A stretch of DNA of 64,000 nucleotides, taken from positions 2,680 through 66,679 of IMG/VR virus record IMGVR_UViG_3300021964_008599; one strand, given 5' to 3'. Below are positions 42,290 to 51,012 of this stretch, one piece after another. Origin of the DNA: a virus. Every line of letters begins with the position of its first letter. Positions within the stretch are counted from its first letter, which is position 1. Below the pieces are notes generated by a model. The model worked only from the letters and a program-made list of their open reading frames with translations. It did not search any database and was not told the origin of the DNA. Position numbers and translations under genes: made by a program.

Positions 42290-44062
42290 TTAAAATCTTC
42301 CAAATAACCACGAGTTGTTTTGATAATCCTGTTTCGTGGCTTCACGGTTTATCCTATGGTGATTAACCCCACCAGGTAATACAGGTACACCTGGATTAAA
42401 ATCATTAGATGTATTCTTAACTGGTGTTTCATTAACCATCCAACTTTCCATCATGGCTTTAGTTTGTTCGGTAACTTTCTCTAATTGTGTAAATGAATTT
42501 TCACCCACATAAATTGCCATAGCAATTGCCATGATAAGGTCATCGTGTTGACCCTTTTGGTGGTCAGGTCTACCATTGACATAGACAAAGGTATTTAACT
42601 CGTTTAAAAGTCTCGTAGAACGTATTGCAAAGTTATGTCTTAAGGACTCCTCAAACGCAGCAACAATCTGAACACGTTTACTGTTAAAGTTCAACCCTGG
42701 TATCTTTTCATTTACCTTTGGATTATACTTCCATTTATCAGCAGCATTTACTCCTTCAACATATAAATTTTTATAGTTCATTTCTTGAAGTTTACGTGAT
42801 GTGGAAACACCCATACCACCAGTGATATCAATAACAATAAATGCGTTATACATTGTAGCCCATTTAAATGCAATCTCAGCAACAACGTCAGGTGGTACCT
42901 TACCTAAGTATTCCAATACCTGTTCCCTTTCATCAAAGTCTATAATTGTAAATGTCGTGAAATCCTCACTATCACCACGAGAAACGTCAATACCCATAAT
43001 GTATTTATGACCTTGTACAGGTTCTTTCCATTGCCATAAGGCACCTCCCATAAATTTATTTTCAGGTTTTCTTATAAATTTTTCTTTAATAACTTCAATC
43101 GTTTCATTTGGGATAACGTTATCCCCTGAACCCAAGAAGTTACATTCCAATTCCTGTGCGATTTTTCTTCTATCGAATTTAAGTTTTTTAGCCATACCTT
43201 CGAACCATGAAGAATAAGCTTTGTATCCATCTAATAATTTTTCTTTAATCTCCTCATAGTTCCTTTCACGAGGATGTACGTTAGAATAATCTATAGTAAT
43301 TTCACTGTCGTTATAATCCTCACGGTTTAGTAAATAATGAACTATGTCTTTACACTTAATGAGTTTGAAGTCCTTCGCATAACGAGGGTCACGATACCAA
43401 AACATTTCAGTTATTTTGAAATCGTTCATACCTCTTAAAGCTTGGTCGTAAATGGTATAATAGATAGGGTCAAATCCGTTAGGGGTAGATATTACAATTA
43501 CTTTACCACCCGTAGAAAGTGATGCCATACACGCAGACCAGAAGTCATCATCCGCATCAATAAAGGCTGCCTCATCAAAAATAAGGATTGTAGGGGTATA
43601 ACCACGAAGTGCATCTTTTGATGTCGCAACGGCTTTTACCTCACATCCATTTGATAGTTTGAAATGTCGTTGTGAATTTTTTTCTGCAGAAAATGTGATA
43701 CCAAACCATGCTGGCCATTGGTCAACAAAAGACCTAACCTTATTTGCAAACTCCATTGAGGTATCCAATTTGTTTGCAATGATTAGAATTTTCTCAGGTT
43801 TCTTTTTAGAGGCAGTAACCAACTTTTTAGATGACCACGCAGCGGTAACTGTTGATACACCCGCTTGACGATACTTTAAGGCAATATTTTCCTCATAAGT
43901 GTCGTAATCATTAATAAGATTAATTTGGTCAGGAAATAATTCTAACGGAACGTATTGTGATTGAGTGTTATCGTAAGTTTGTAGATAGGTTTTTAATGCG
44001 TAAGGAGTATCTTTTACACATTTGGCATATTCCAATAAAGCTTGTTCACGTGATAAACCCAT
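42290..44062 (-). CDS. Terminase large subunit (T4 gp17-like)
   Basis: KYRQAGVST, FDEAAF, ISTPNG, QELEC.F, GIDVSRG, HDDLIMA. Confidence 0.96.
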   Translation of the reverse strand: MGLSREQALLEYAKCVKDTPYALKTYLQTYDNTQSQYVPLELFPDQINLINDYDTYEENIALKYRQAGVSTVTAAWSSKKLVTASKKKPEKILIIANKLDTSMEFANKVRSFVDQWPAWFGITFSAEKNSQRHFKLSNGCEVKAVATSKDALRGYTPTILIFDEAAFIDADDDFWSACMASLSTGGKVIVISTPNGFDPIYYTIYDQALRGMNDFKITEMFWYRDPRYAKDFKLIKCKDIVHYLLNREDYNDSEITIDYSNVHPRERNYEEIKEKLLDGYKAYSSWFEGMAKKLKFDRRKIAQELECNFLGSGDNVIPNETIEVIKEKFIRKPENKFMGGALWQWKEPVQGHKYIMGIDVSRGDSEDFTTFTIIDFDEREQVLEYLGKVPPDVVAEIAFKWATMYNAFIVIDITGGMGVSTSRKLQEMNYKNLYVEGVNAADKWKYNPKVNEKIPGLNFNSKRVQIVAAFEESLRHNFAIRSTRLLNELNTFVYVNGRPDHQKGQHDDLIMAIAMAIYVGENSFTQLEKVTEQTKAMMESWMVNETPVKNTSNDFNPGVPVLPGGVNHHRINREATKQDYQNNSWLFGRF

Positions 44063-44082
44063 CTATACATAATAATTCTATT

Positions 44083-45354
44083 TTATGATAAAGAAATACC
44101 TAAATCACCCAAGAAACCTGCAAGACCGTCCTCATCATCATCATCGTCATCATCAAATTGAGACATCGCATCTTCATAATCTTCAGCTTTCAACTCTTCA
44201 ATGATTTCATCAACCATATTGGATACAATCTTCTTTCCTTCATCTGAACCTGATAAAATCATCTTCGCAACCTCAAAAAATTCTTCAGTTGTAAGTGCTG
44301 AAAAACGAGAGAATAAATAATTTTGAATTTCTCTCATATCGTCTTCATATAACTTATCAGGATATGCTTGAGTAAACTTCTCCCAAATAACAGGTCCTAA
44401 ACGTAAATCCCATATCTCATAAGGTAGAGTATCTGTTTGACTCATTACCATATCGGCAGCTTTAGGGTCGTCAGGTAATCCTTGAGTACCCATTACCTCA
44501 TATACACCCTTCACAAGTTCGTGAACCAAAATAGGGAAGAATAATCCCTTGGCTTTAATTGTTGGTGGGTCAGTAGTTTCGTCAACTTCTTCTTTACCTT
44601 CCATACCTTGTCCACTTTGTGCTGCGTTCATAACCATTTGGTCAGGTAAAATCCAATACAATAAATCATTAATAGACATCAACACACCATAAAGATTTAA
44701 TAACTCAGGATTAATGGTATTTAATTGTTCTTCAACTAAGTGGAACATGTAATGTCCTTTTTTAGATGCTCCCTGAATTAGTGAGTTAATAAAACGTCTT
44801 TTAGCTTTTTCTAAATCAAACATTTCAAAAGCTGCCATGAAGTTTTCTAAATCATCTTCAGCTTCATCTTCAGAAACACCAAATTGTTCAACAACATCTT
44901 CATCATCCAATTCTTCTGAGTCTGTTTTCATACCCGACATATCAATTTGTCCAGGCATAGATGTTAACTCCACATCGTATTGGAAGGCATCGTCAGGTAG
45001 TGACATTTCTTGTTTTACTAAATCAACCGCCAATTGTTCCAAATAACCTTCGTTGTTTGATTCAATCTGCTTTACCTTTTGAACCGCTTGCATCATCATC
45101 ATTTGCAAGTTCATAAGTTGATTTTGACTGACCTCTTGAACACCAGTATATCTTTTTACCTTTTCAACAACATCCTTAAATCTTTTAGAAGCAATAAGTT
45201 GTTCAAATGAATTATCAAATTCATCATCATCTTTACGAGGTAATGCAGGGTTGTCAGACATTGGCGTCTCACCCTTCTCTAATTTTGACTGAATTCCTGG
45301 GTCCATTCTTTCAGGACCATCATATTCGATTTGTTCTTTTACGTTCTTACTCAT
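44083..45354 (-). CDS. Hypothetical phage protein
   Basis: 423 aa acidic ORF; contains VHELVKG. Confidence 0.75.
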   Translation of the reverse strand: MSKNVKEQIEYDGPERMDPGIQSKLEKGETPMSDNPALPRKDDDEFDNSFEQLIASKRFKDVVEKVKRYTGVQEVSQNQLMNLQMMMMQAVQKVKQIESNNEGYLEQLAVDLVKQEMSLPDDAFQYDVELTSMPGQIDMSGMKTDSEELDDEDVVEQFGVSEDEAEDDLENFMAAFEMFDLEKAKRRFINSLIQGASKKGHYMFHLVEEQLNTINPELLNLYGVLMSINDLLYWILPDQMVMNAAQSGQGMEGKEEVDETTDPPTIKAKGLFFPILVHELVKGVYEVMGTQGLPDDPKAADMVMSQTDTLPYEIWDLRLGPVIWEKFTQAYPDKLYEDDMREIQNYLFSRFSALTTEEFFEVAKMILSGSDEGKKIVSNMVDEIIEELKAEDYEDAMSQFDDDDDDDEDGLAGFLGDLGISLS

Positions 45355-46585
45355 CTCTAAATGTAATATTTAAGTTGTCAAATTTAAGGAAACTTGGTAT
45401 CTCAACTTCACCACTAGCCTTAGGGGCTGGCTTATGTTTTGGTTTATAAGGACTCTTTCTATCAGGTTTTGTACGTGTAGGTGTTTTAACAGGTGCCTCT
45501 TTAGTACCTGGTGACATTTCCAATAAATCTTTCTTAGTCATAGTAGGTTTCTTGTAATTCTTAATCAAAGATACAATAGTTTCTTCTATTTGTCTAACTT
45601 TTTCTTCTTTACTTTCTTTTTTCACACAGTTAGGAACTCTTTTACCAAACATTGTTTTCATACCTTTCTTTTCGTAACCTTTCCAACATTTAGTACCTTC
45701 ATTAGTTTCTACCTTATCAGGTAACTTACTAAAGTCTTTAGTGTCATCGGCAAATTCACGAGCCCATTCACACCATTTAGATTTTGAACCTTCTTCTTCA
45801 CATTTTGCAAAGAAATATCCTTGTTGTGCTTTTGAACGAAATTTTTCTTTTATCTCATCTTCAAACATACCTAAAGTGGTTATAGGTGTTTTCATTTTTG
45901 ATGGTTTCTTTTTAGATTCATCGATACCCATTCCATCGTTCATAGATTTATCTTTTTTAGGATTAACTCCATAATTTGATGGTCCATCTTCGTTTCCTTC
46001 AGGATTTGGGTCTTCATTAGGGTCAACACCCGCCATTTTATCTAAATCATTAGATATTTGACTTTCACCCAATTCACCATCTAAATCAATATCAACATCG
46101 TAAGGGTCAACATCTCTAACGGGTTCAAACATTCTTACCATAGCAGAATAGTACTCAGGGAAATAACTTCTCAAATATCTTCTTTTTGCATCATCCACTA
46201 AACCATGATAGTCTGATTCGTATTCTTCCCAATCATCCCAATAGAAATCAACTGCCTCTTGAGCCGCGGATTCTAATCTATCATCAAAAGGACTTGGCAT
46301 TGTTTCAGGTTCACCCATATCACGATGAATTGATGCGTTCATAATGTTTTGGTCTGAAGAACCCCATTCATTTAGTTCATCAGTCTCTAACATTTCACTA
46401 GCTTTTTCAAGATTATTTGCTAACATTTCAGAAGCAGCCGCCGCGTCAATAACTTTTTTAGCGGTACCTTGTTCATTTACAACTTTCTTATAAAGGACGT
46501 TAATTTGTTTCTCGTCTAACTTTTTAAGAGTGGTTAACTTAAAACCCTCTTTTAGTAATCCCATTATTTTATTCTTCGTGTCCAT
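45347..46585 (-). CDS. Multidomain hypothetical head-associated protein
   Basis: Microdomains FRSKAQQGYFFAKC..W.REFADDT and CWKGYEKKGMK..GKRVPNCVK. Confidence 0.75.
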   Translation of the reverse strand: MDTKNKIMGLLKEGFKLTTLKKLDEKQINVLYKKVVNEQGTAKKVIDAAAASEMLANNLEKASEMLETDELNEWGSSDQNIMNASIHRDMGEPETMPSPFDDRLESAAQEAVDFYWDDWEEYESDYHGLVDDAKRRYLRSYFPEYYSAMVRMFEPVRDVDPYDVDIDLDGELGESQISNDLDKMAGVDPNEDPNPEGNEDGPSNYGVNPKKDKSMNDGMGIDESKKKPSKMKTPITTLGMFEDEIKEKFRSKAQQGYFFAKCEEEGSKSKWCEWAREFADDTKDFSKLPDKVETNEGTKCWKGYEKKGMKTMFGKRVPNCVKKESKEEKVRQIEETIVSLIKNYKKPTMTKKDLLEMSPGTKEAPVKTPTRTKPDRKSPYKPKHKPAPKASGEVEIPSFLKFDNLNITFRDE

Positions 46586-46985
46586 CTTCTATAAAACTTT
46601 TTTCATAAGACAAAACAATGTCTCTTTCATATATTTTATCTTCAACTGATTTTACACTCTCACCGTAGTGGAAAACCAACCTTGTAAATTTATCATTTAC
46701 AACGGCTTCACTATCTTCATCCTCCCAAGCCAATGCAATAACACGGTCAATTGCATCATACACACCAAAGAAGTCTGAATTTTGTATTAAATGTAATTCA
46801 ATACCTGAATTTCTTAATACACCCACCTTTTTTATAAACTGAATATGGGGTGGTGAAGGGTTACCATTTGCTGGTTGTGCATCCCATTCATCACCCCATA
46901 CATCGTCTACATCTGAAAAGATGAATTCATATATGTTATCACCCTTATAATTGGGTCCTAGTTCATTTACATAAACTAAATTCAT
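46569..46985 (-). CDS. Hypothetical phage protein
   Basis: 138 aa ORF overlapping its neighbours. Confidence 0.75.
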   Translation of the reverse strand: MNLVYVNELGPNYKGDNIYEFIFSDVDDVWGDEWDAQPANGNPSPPHIQFIKKVGVLRNSGIELHLIQNSDFFGVYDAIDRVIALAWEDEDSEAVVNDKFTRLVFHYGESVKSVEDKIYERDIVLSYEKSFIEDGHEE

Positions 46986-48193
46986 AGTAACTCACCGTTT
47001 GGAGATACTTTAAATTGTTTACCATCAGCTTCAAAAACCAAATTGTCTTTATTTGTTTTTCCTAAGAATTTGATGTTATCGTTTTCTTTAACTAAGAACT
47101 CAGAAGTTAATTCTTGTTCGATAGTTTCTGATAGTCTCTTTATTTCTTTTTTAACTGTAATGTTTTTAACTTTTTCAGTTAAGAATTTTTTAATCTTTTT
47201 AGATTCAGTGATTTGTTTTTCTTCTTCAGTTATTACAAAGTATTTTGATAAAACTTTATCTACTTTTGATTCACCAAATAACTCATCAACCATAGTTTTC
47301 ATAGAATCTCCTTCAGCCATTTCACCTTCAGGTTCTTCCATGTCCATATCTAAGTCTAAATCCAAATCTAAATCTTCTTCACCAGCATCTACATCAACGT
47401 CAACGTCTCCGTCCATACCGTAGTCAACTTCTTCCTCTTCAAAATTAGCTAAGATATCTTCTTTATCTTCTTCTGAAAGTTTTTCCAACTCAACGGCAGA
47501 TATAATTGAGTTTAATACATACTTAATATCTTCAGAAGACAAACCTTGATTTTTATCAAACGTTCTTAGTTTTTGACCTAACTTACCTGTTAACTTTTGA
47601 ATTGCTTTAAATGAACCTTCTTCATCGTCACCCATAGGTTCTTCCATGTCCATATCCATGTCCATTTCTTCATCACCCATCGGTTCTTCAGAATCCATGT
47701 CCATATCTAAGTCTAAATCCAACTCTTCATCACCCATTGGTTCTTCAACATCCATATCTACATCCATTTCAGGTGCAGGAGCTGGTGCAGGTGCCGCTTC
47801 AGGTTCAGGTTTTGGTGTTTTAAGAACAAATTTCTTTTGTTCACCAATTAAGTTGATACCTTCTTCATTTTCATGAAGTCTATTTAATTCACCCGCCATC
47901 AAGTTAATTTTCTTCATCGCTTGTGAAAATGATTTATGATATTTACGATTCTTCATTGGTTCCATATAGTCGAACTCAGATTCGTTGATACCTCTTTTTA
48001 CAATGTATCCTGATTTTTCTTTTACGATTCCGTAAAAGTTACCATCCGCCAATTGAATAGAATAATCGGCTGAAGATGATTTACTTTCGTTTACAGTAGA
48101 TGGTTTTGAACCATAATTAGCAATTTCAAGAATTCTTGTAATCTTATCTTGTCCTTGTAATTTTTCACTACCTAAAGGTCTTAAGTCTGCCAT
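46982..48193 (-). CDS. Acidic hypothetical protein (possible core/scaffold accessory)
   Basis: 403 aa; DLDLDMD and EEPMGDE repeats. Confidence 0.75.
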   Translation of the reverse strand: MADLRPLGSEKLQGQDKITRILEIANYGSKPSTVNESKSSSADYSIQLADGNFYGIVKEKSGYIVKRGINESEFDYMEPMKNRKYHKSFSQAMKKINLMAGELNRLHENEEGINLIGEQKKFVLKTPKPEPEAAPAPAPAPEMDVDMDVEEPMGDEELDLDLDMDMDSEEPMGDEEMDMDMDMEEPMGDDEEGSFKAIQKLTGKLGQKLRTFDKNQGLSSEDIKYVLNSIISAVELEKLSEEDKEDILANFEEEEVDYGMDGDVDVDVDAGEEDLDLDLDLDMDMEEPEGEMAEGDSMKTMVDELFGESKVDKVLSKYFVITEEEKQITESKKIKKFLTEKVKNITVKKEIKRLSETIEQELTSEFLVKENDNIKFLGKTNKDNLVFEADGKQFKVSPNGELL

Positions 48194-48218
48194 TTTTATA
48201 TTTTTTAGTTAGTAATTT

Positions 48219-48365
48219 TTAATTATAAAGACCATTACCACCAAGTTTAACTGTATTACACTGAATTGATTCTGTTCCGTCAGCCTCAGTATAAATAGCG
48301 TGTGGAGTCTCAGTTCCACCCGTATAAATTACGTATTCATTGTTTGTACATGCAGTAATAGCCAT
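48219..48365 (-). CDS. Small 48-aa protein not in the ORF track
   Basis: MAITACTNNEYVIYTGGTETPHAIYTEADGTESIQCNTVKLGGNGLYN; TATTTAT motif (48380-48386) and A-rich leader upstream. Confidence 0.7.
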   Translation of the reverse strand: MAITACTNNEYVIYTGGTETPHAIYTEADGTESIQCNTVKLGGNGLYN

Positions 48366-48442
48366 AATAGTTTTTTATAATAAATATATCATAAGTTAAG
48401 AATTTCCGTTTTTTCTTATCTTACAATATAATTATAGTTTAT

Positions 48443-49189
48443 TTATTGGGCTAATGAAAGACGGTCATCCACAAAATTATTTTGGAAATCAAACAATTTT
48501 TGAATGTAGTCACTTCGTCTTAAAAACTTAAAAACTAAATTTTCATACGAATATTCACCCTCCTTTTCTAATCCTGATTGACGGTATTTTTTTAGTCTAT
48601 CTTTTAACTTATCTATCTTTAATAGACCTTCTTCTAAATCTTCATCACCTGATTCGATATCCTCAATAACAGTATCAATCATATCCTGCCATTGTTCTAC
48701 CTTTTCTTTAATAATCTTAGTATCTATTTCTACCTCTTCTTTTGACGGTTCAACTATCCACTCATCATATAATACCGAATAAACACCTGTTGATATATGT
48801 GGTTCATTAGTATCTTGAACATATAGTTCTACCTCATAACCCTTTACTGTGATGTCGTGAGTGGAGTTAAATAATGTTTTCTTTAATTTAAATAAATCTT
48901 GAAATAATTCTTTTTCAGGTCCACTCTCATTAAAATCATACATGATGTGTAAATCAATATCTGAGAATTCAGACCAATTATAATTAGACAGAGAACCTGT
49001 CATCGTAATGTCTTGAATAAAAATATCATATCCTAAAAACTCAATGAACTTATCCGCAATTTCAATAAGACGCAAACGTATATCTTCCTTCATTTTAGCA
49101 TCAGAAGGTGATTCGGGATTTTCCCAAATGGTAGGGTTTAATTCATCCTTAACATTGAAGCTAGATAATATCTTACCAAAGTTTTCCAT
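48443..49189 (-). CDS. Pol-beta-superfamily nucleotidyltransferase
   Basis: TGSLSNYNWSEFSDIDLHI (GS...DxD) plus a distal VELY acidic residue. Confidence 0.8.
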   Translation of the reverse strand: MENFGKILSSFNVKDELNPTIWENPESPSDAKMKEDIRLRLIEIADKFIEFLGYDIFIQDITMTGSLSNYNWSEFSDIDLHIMYDFNESGPEKELFQDLFKLKKTLFNSTHDITVKGYEVELYVQDTNEPHISTGVYSVLYDEWIVEPSKEEVEIDTKIIKEKVEQWQDMIDTVIEDIESGDEDLEEGLLKIDKLKDRLKKYRQSGLEKEGEYSYENLVFKFLRRSDYIQKLFDFQNNFVDDRLSLAQ

Positions 49190-49211
49190 CTATTATAAAT
49201 AGTTAGAAGAT

Positions 49212-49460
49212 TTACTTTGTGATTTTTTTGTATTTGTAATTCTTAGCAATCTCCATGTTAAAGAATTTTCCTTGCGATTCCGCCATTCTAAATTTGGTGT
49301 AAATCTTATGTGGGACTTTTTCATATTCATATTCAACACCACTTTTAAATGTTGCGGTTAATTTTTCTTCACCAGTATCATATACTGTCTTTTTAAGATT
49401 AGAAGATTCAATTTCGTTGATGATTAATTTACCATCGATTTTTTCACTCTTAATAGCCAT
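49212..49460 (-). CDS. KTSC-domain protein
   Basis: SSNL..VYD....L...F.SG..YEY..VP...Y..F..AESQGKFFN..I. Confidence 0.9.
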   Translation of the reverse strand: MAIKSEKIDGKLIINEIESSNLKKTVYDTGEEKLTATFKSGVEYEYEKVPHKIYTKFRMAESQGKFFNMEIAKNYKYKKITK

Positions 49461-49500
49461 AACATATTTTTTAGATAAGTATAAGAATTAATGTAAAATA

Positions 49501-49528
49501 AAAAACCCCTCTTTTTGGGAGGGGTTTC
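49501..49528 (-). terminator. Rho-independent terminator
   Basis: aaacccctc-tttttgg-gaggggttt. Confidence 0.75.
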
Positions 49529-49548
49529 TGTTATTATATATTTTTTAT

Positions 49549-50289
49549 TTAAAATTGGACTTCTTGCCAAAATTTAAGTTCACCGTTCTCACAACTCCAT
49601 TTAAATGGGTTACTTTGTTCACCAGCACCTTTATTTAGATTACCACTACCATTAGTATTAAAACCAAAAACTTTTTTATTACCATTTTCATCTTCTACTA
49701 CTCGTGTAACTTCATAACCTGCCATTTCTTCACCTTGACCTTCAATAGGTTCTCTACCAAGACTCATGTAACATTCGTTTTGATTATTGTTCTCAGTTTC
49801 AGTATCAGTTTCTGACTCAGTTTCAAATAATTTAGCGATTGTATTCTTACCTACTTTACCATCTTTCTTTAAACCATTTTCAACTTGGAAAGCCTCAACT
49901 TTATCTTTAGTATCGTCACCAAAAATACCATCAGGTTCCATTTCTAATTTACATTGGATGACTGCAATGACTTTTTTGGCACCTTCATAACCTGTTCTAT
50001 CATCGTAAACCTGCGTACCCTTTTGTACTACCCATCTGTTAACCTTCAAATTGTCTATCCACTTTTTAACACCCTCATCTTTAAGGTACTCATCTACTTC
50101 ATCACAACTATATGTTTCTTGTGATGATGTTTGGTCAGTAGTAGTTTCTTGAGATGTCTCCTCACCAGCATCGGCTTGGTCAGTTGCGTCATTCTCTTGC
50201 TCCTTAAGATATTGTCTAGAAATGGCTGACTTATGCATCCCTAAAATTCTATCTTTTTCAGATTCGTCTATTCTAAATAATCTTTTCAT
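49549..50289 (-). CDS. Peptidoglycan-binding domain protein with N-terminal leader
   Basis: IQCKL..DGIFGDDTKDKVEAFQVENGLKKDGKVGKNT (PG_binding_1). Confidence 0.8.
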   Translation of the reverse strand: MKRLFRIDESEKDRILGMHKSAISRQYLKEQENDATDQADAGEETSQETTTDQTSSQETYSCDEVDEYLKDEGVKKWIDNLKVNRWVVQKGTQVYDDRTGYEGAKKVIAVIQCKLEMEPDGIFGDDTKDKVEAFQVENGLKKDGKVGKNTIAKLFETESETDTETENNNQNECYMSLGREPIEGQGEEMAGYEVTRVVEDENGNKKVFGFNTNGSGNLNKGAGEQSNPFKWSCENGELKFWQEVQF

Positions 50290-50325
50290 AATTAAATTCT
50301 TTTACATATAAATATATCGTAAAAT

Positions 50326-50352
50326 AAAAAACCCCTCACATGGAGGGGTTAA
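50326..50352 (-). terminator. Rho-independent terminator
   Basis: aacccctc-acatg-gaggggtt with an A run on the left. Confidence 0.75.
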
Positions 50353-50357
50353 ATGAA

Positions 50358-50804
50358 TTAAGATTCAAGATTTTTGATTTGGTCTCTTAATTTAATAGAC
50401 TCTTCAAAGTCTTCATTCTCAATGGACTCTTTAAGTTTTTGTTTTAAATCATCAATCTTTTCTTGGTTTACTTCAAGACTTTTTATCTGGTCTCTTAGTT
50501 CTGCCGCTTTCTCAAACTCTTGAGACTCAACCGCAGTTTCCAATTTAGACTTCAACTGTTGTAGTTTATTGTTTGATTGTTGTGTTTTACCACCATTAGT
50601 ATTGTTTCTAATTAAAGTTGTAACCACATACGTTCCATCATCAGAAACAAAACTTTCTTTTGTCCATTCACCATTACCGTCACTACCAGTTTCTACGTTT
50701 CTTTTACCAGTAACATACTGAGGTGTGTTAAATGCAGAATTAATCTCATTAAATAATGAGTCAAAATCTCCGAACATGTTGTTAAATCTTCTTTTTCCAA
50801 ACAT
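50358..50804 (-). CDS. Tandem UVR (UvrB/UvrC/McsA-type) motif protein, putative Clp adaptor
   Basis: [21 protein letters not shown] and LKESIENEDFEESIKLRDQIK. Confidence 0.8.
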   Translation of the reverse strand: MFGKRRFNNMFGDFDSLFNEINSAFNTPQYVTGKRNVETGSDGNGEWTKESFVSDDGTYVVTTLIRNNTNGGKTQQSNNKLQQLKSKLETAVESQEFEKAAELRDQIKSLEVNQEKIDDLKQKLKESIENEDFEESIKLRDQIKNLES

Positions 50805-50851
50805 TTTTTTAGTTTTTTAAATTTTATTGTTTATCTTTGTACTCAACAAAA

Positions 50852-50868
50852 GGCCAAAAATGTGCCAA
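50852..50868 (-). promoter_or_regulatory. Putative sigma54 (-24/-12) promoter
   Basis: Minus strand TTGGCACATTTTTGGCC = GG-N10-GC. Confidence 0.55.
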
Positions 50869-50958
50869 TCACTAAAATATGTCGTTTTTTCACTTTTTGA
50901 TAATTTGAAAAGACAAAATGTCATGTTGATGATAAATTATATGACATAATGACAAATG

Positions 50959-50989
50959 TTTGATTACTACACAATTTTTGTTATATTTG
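50959..50989 (+). promoter_or_regulatory. Bacteroidota-type -33/-7 promoter for clpC
   Basis: TTTG-N19-TATATTTG. Confidence 0.7.
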
Positions 50990-51012
50990 AAGAATAAAAT
51001 AATAGATAGAAT

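Noticed and set aside
34115-44062. Introns or inteins in capsid, portal or terminase
   Set aside because: ORFs are continuous, with no recognisable intein termini or homing-endonuclease insertions.
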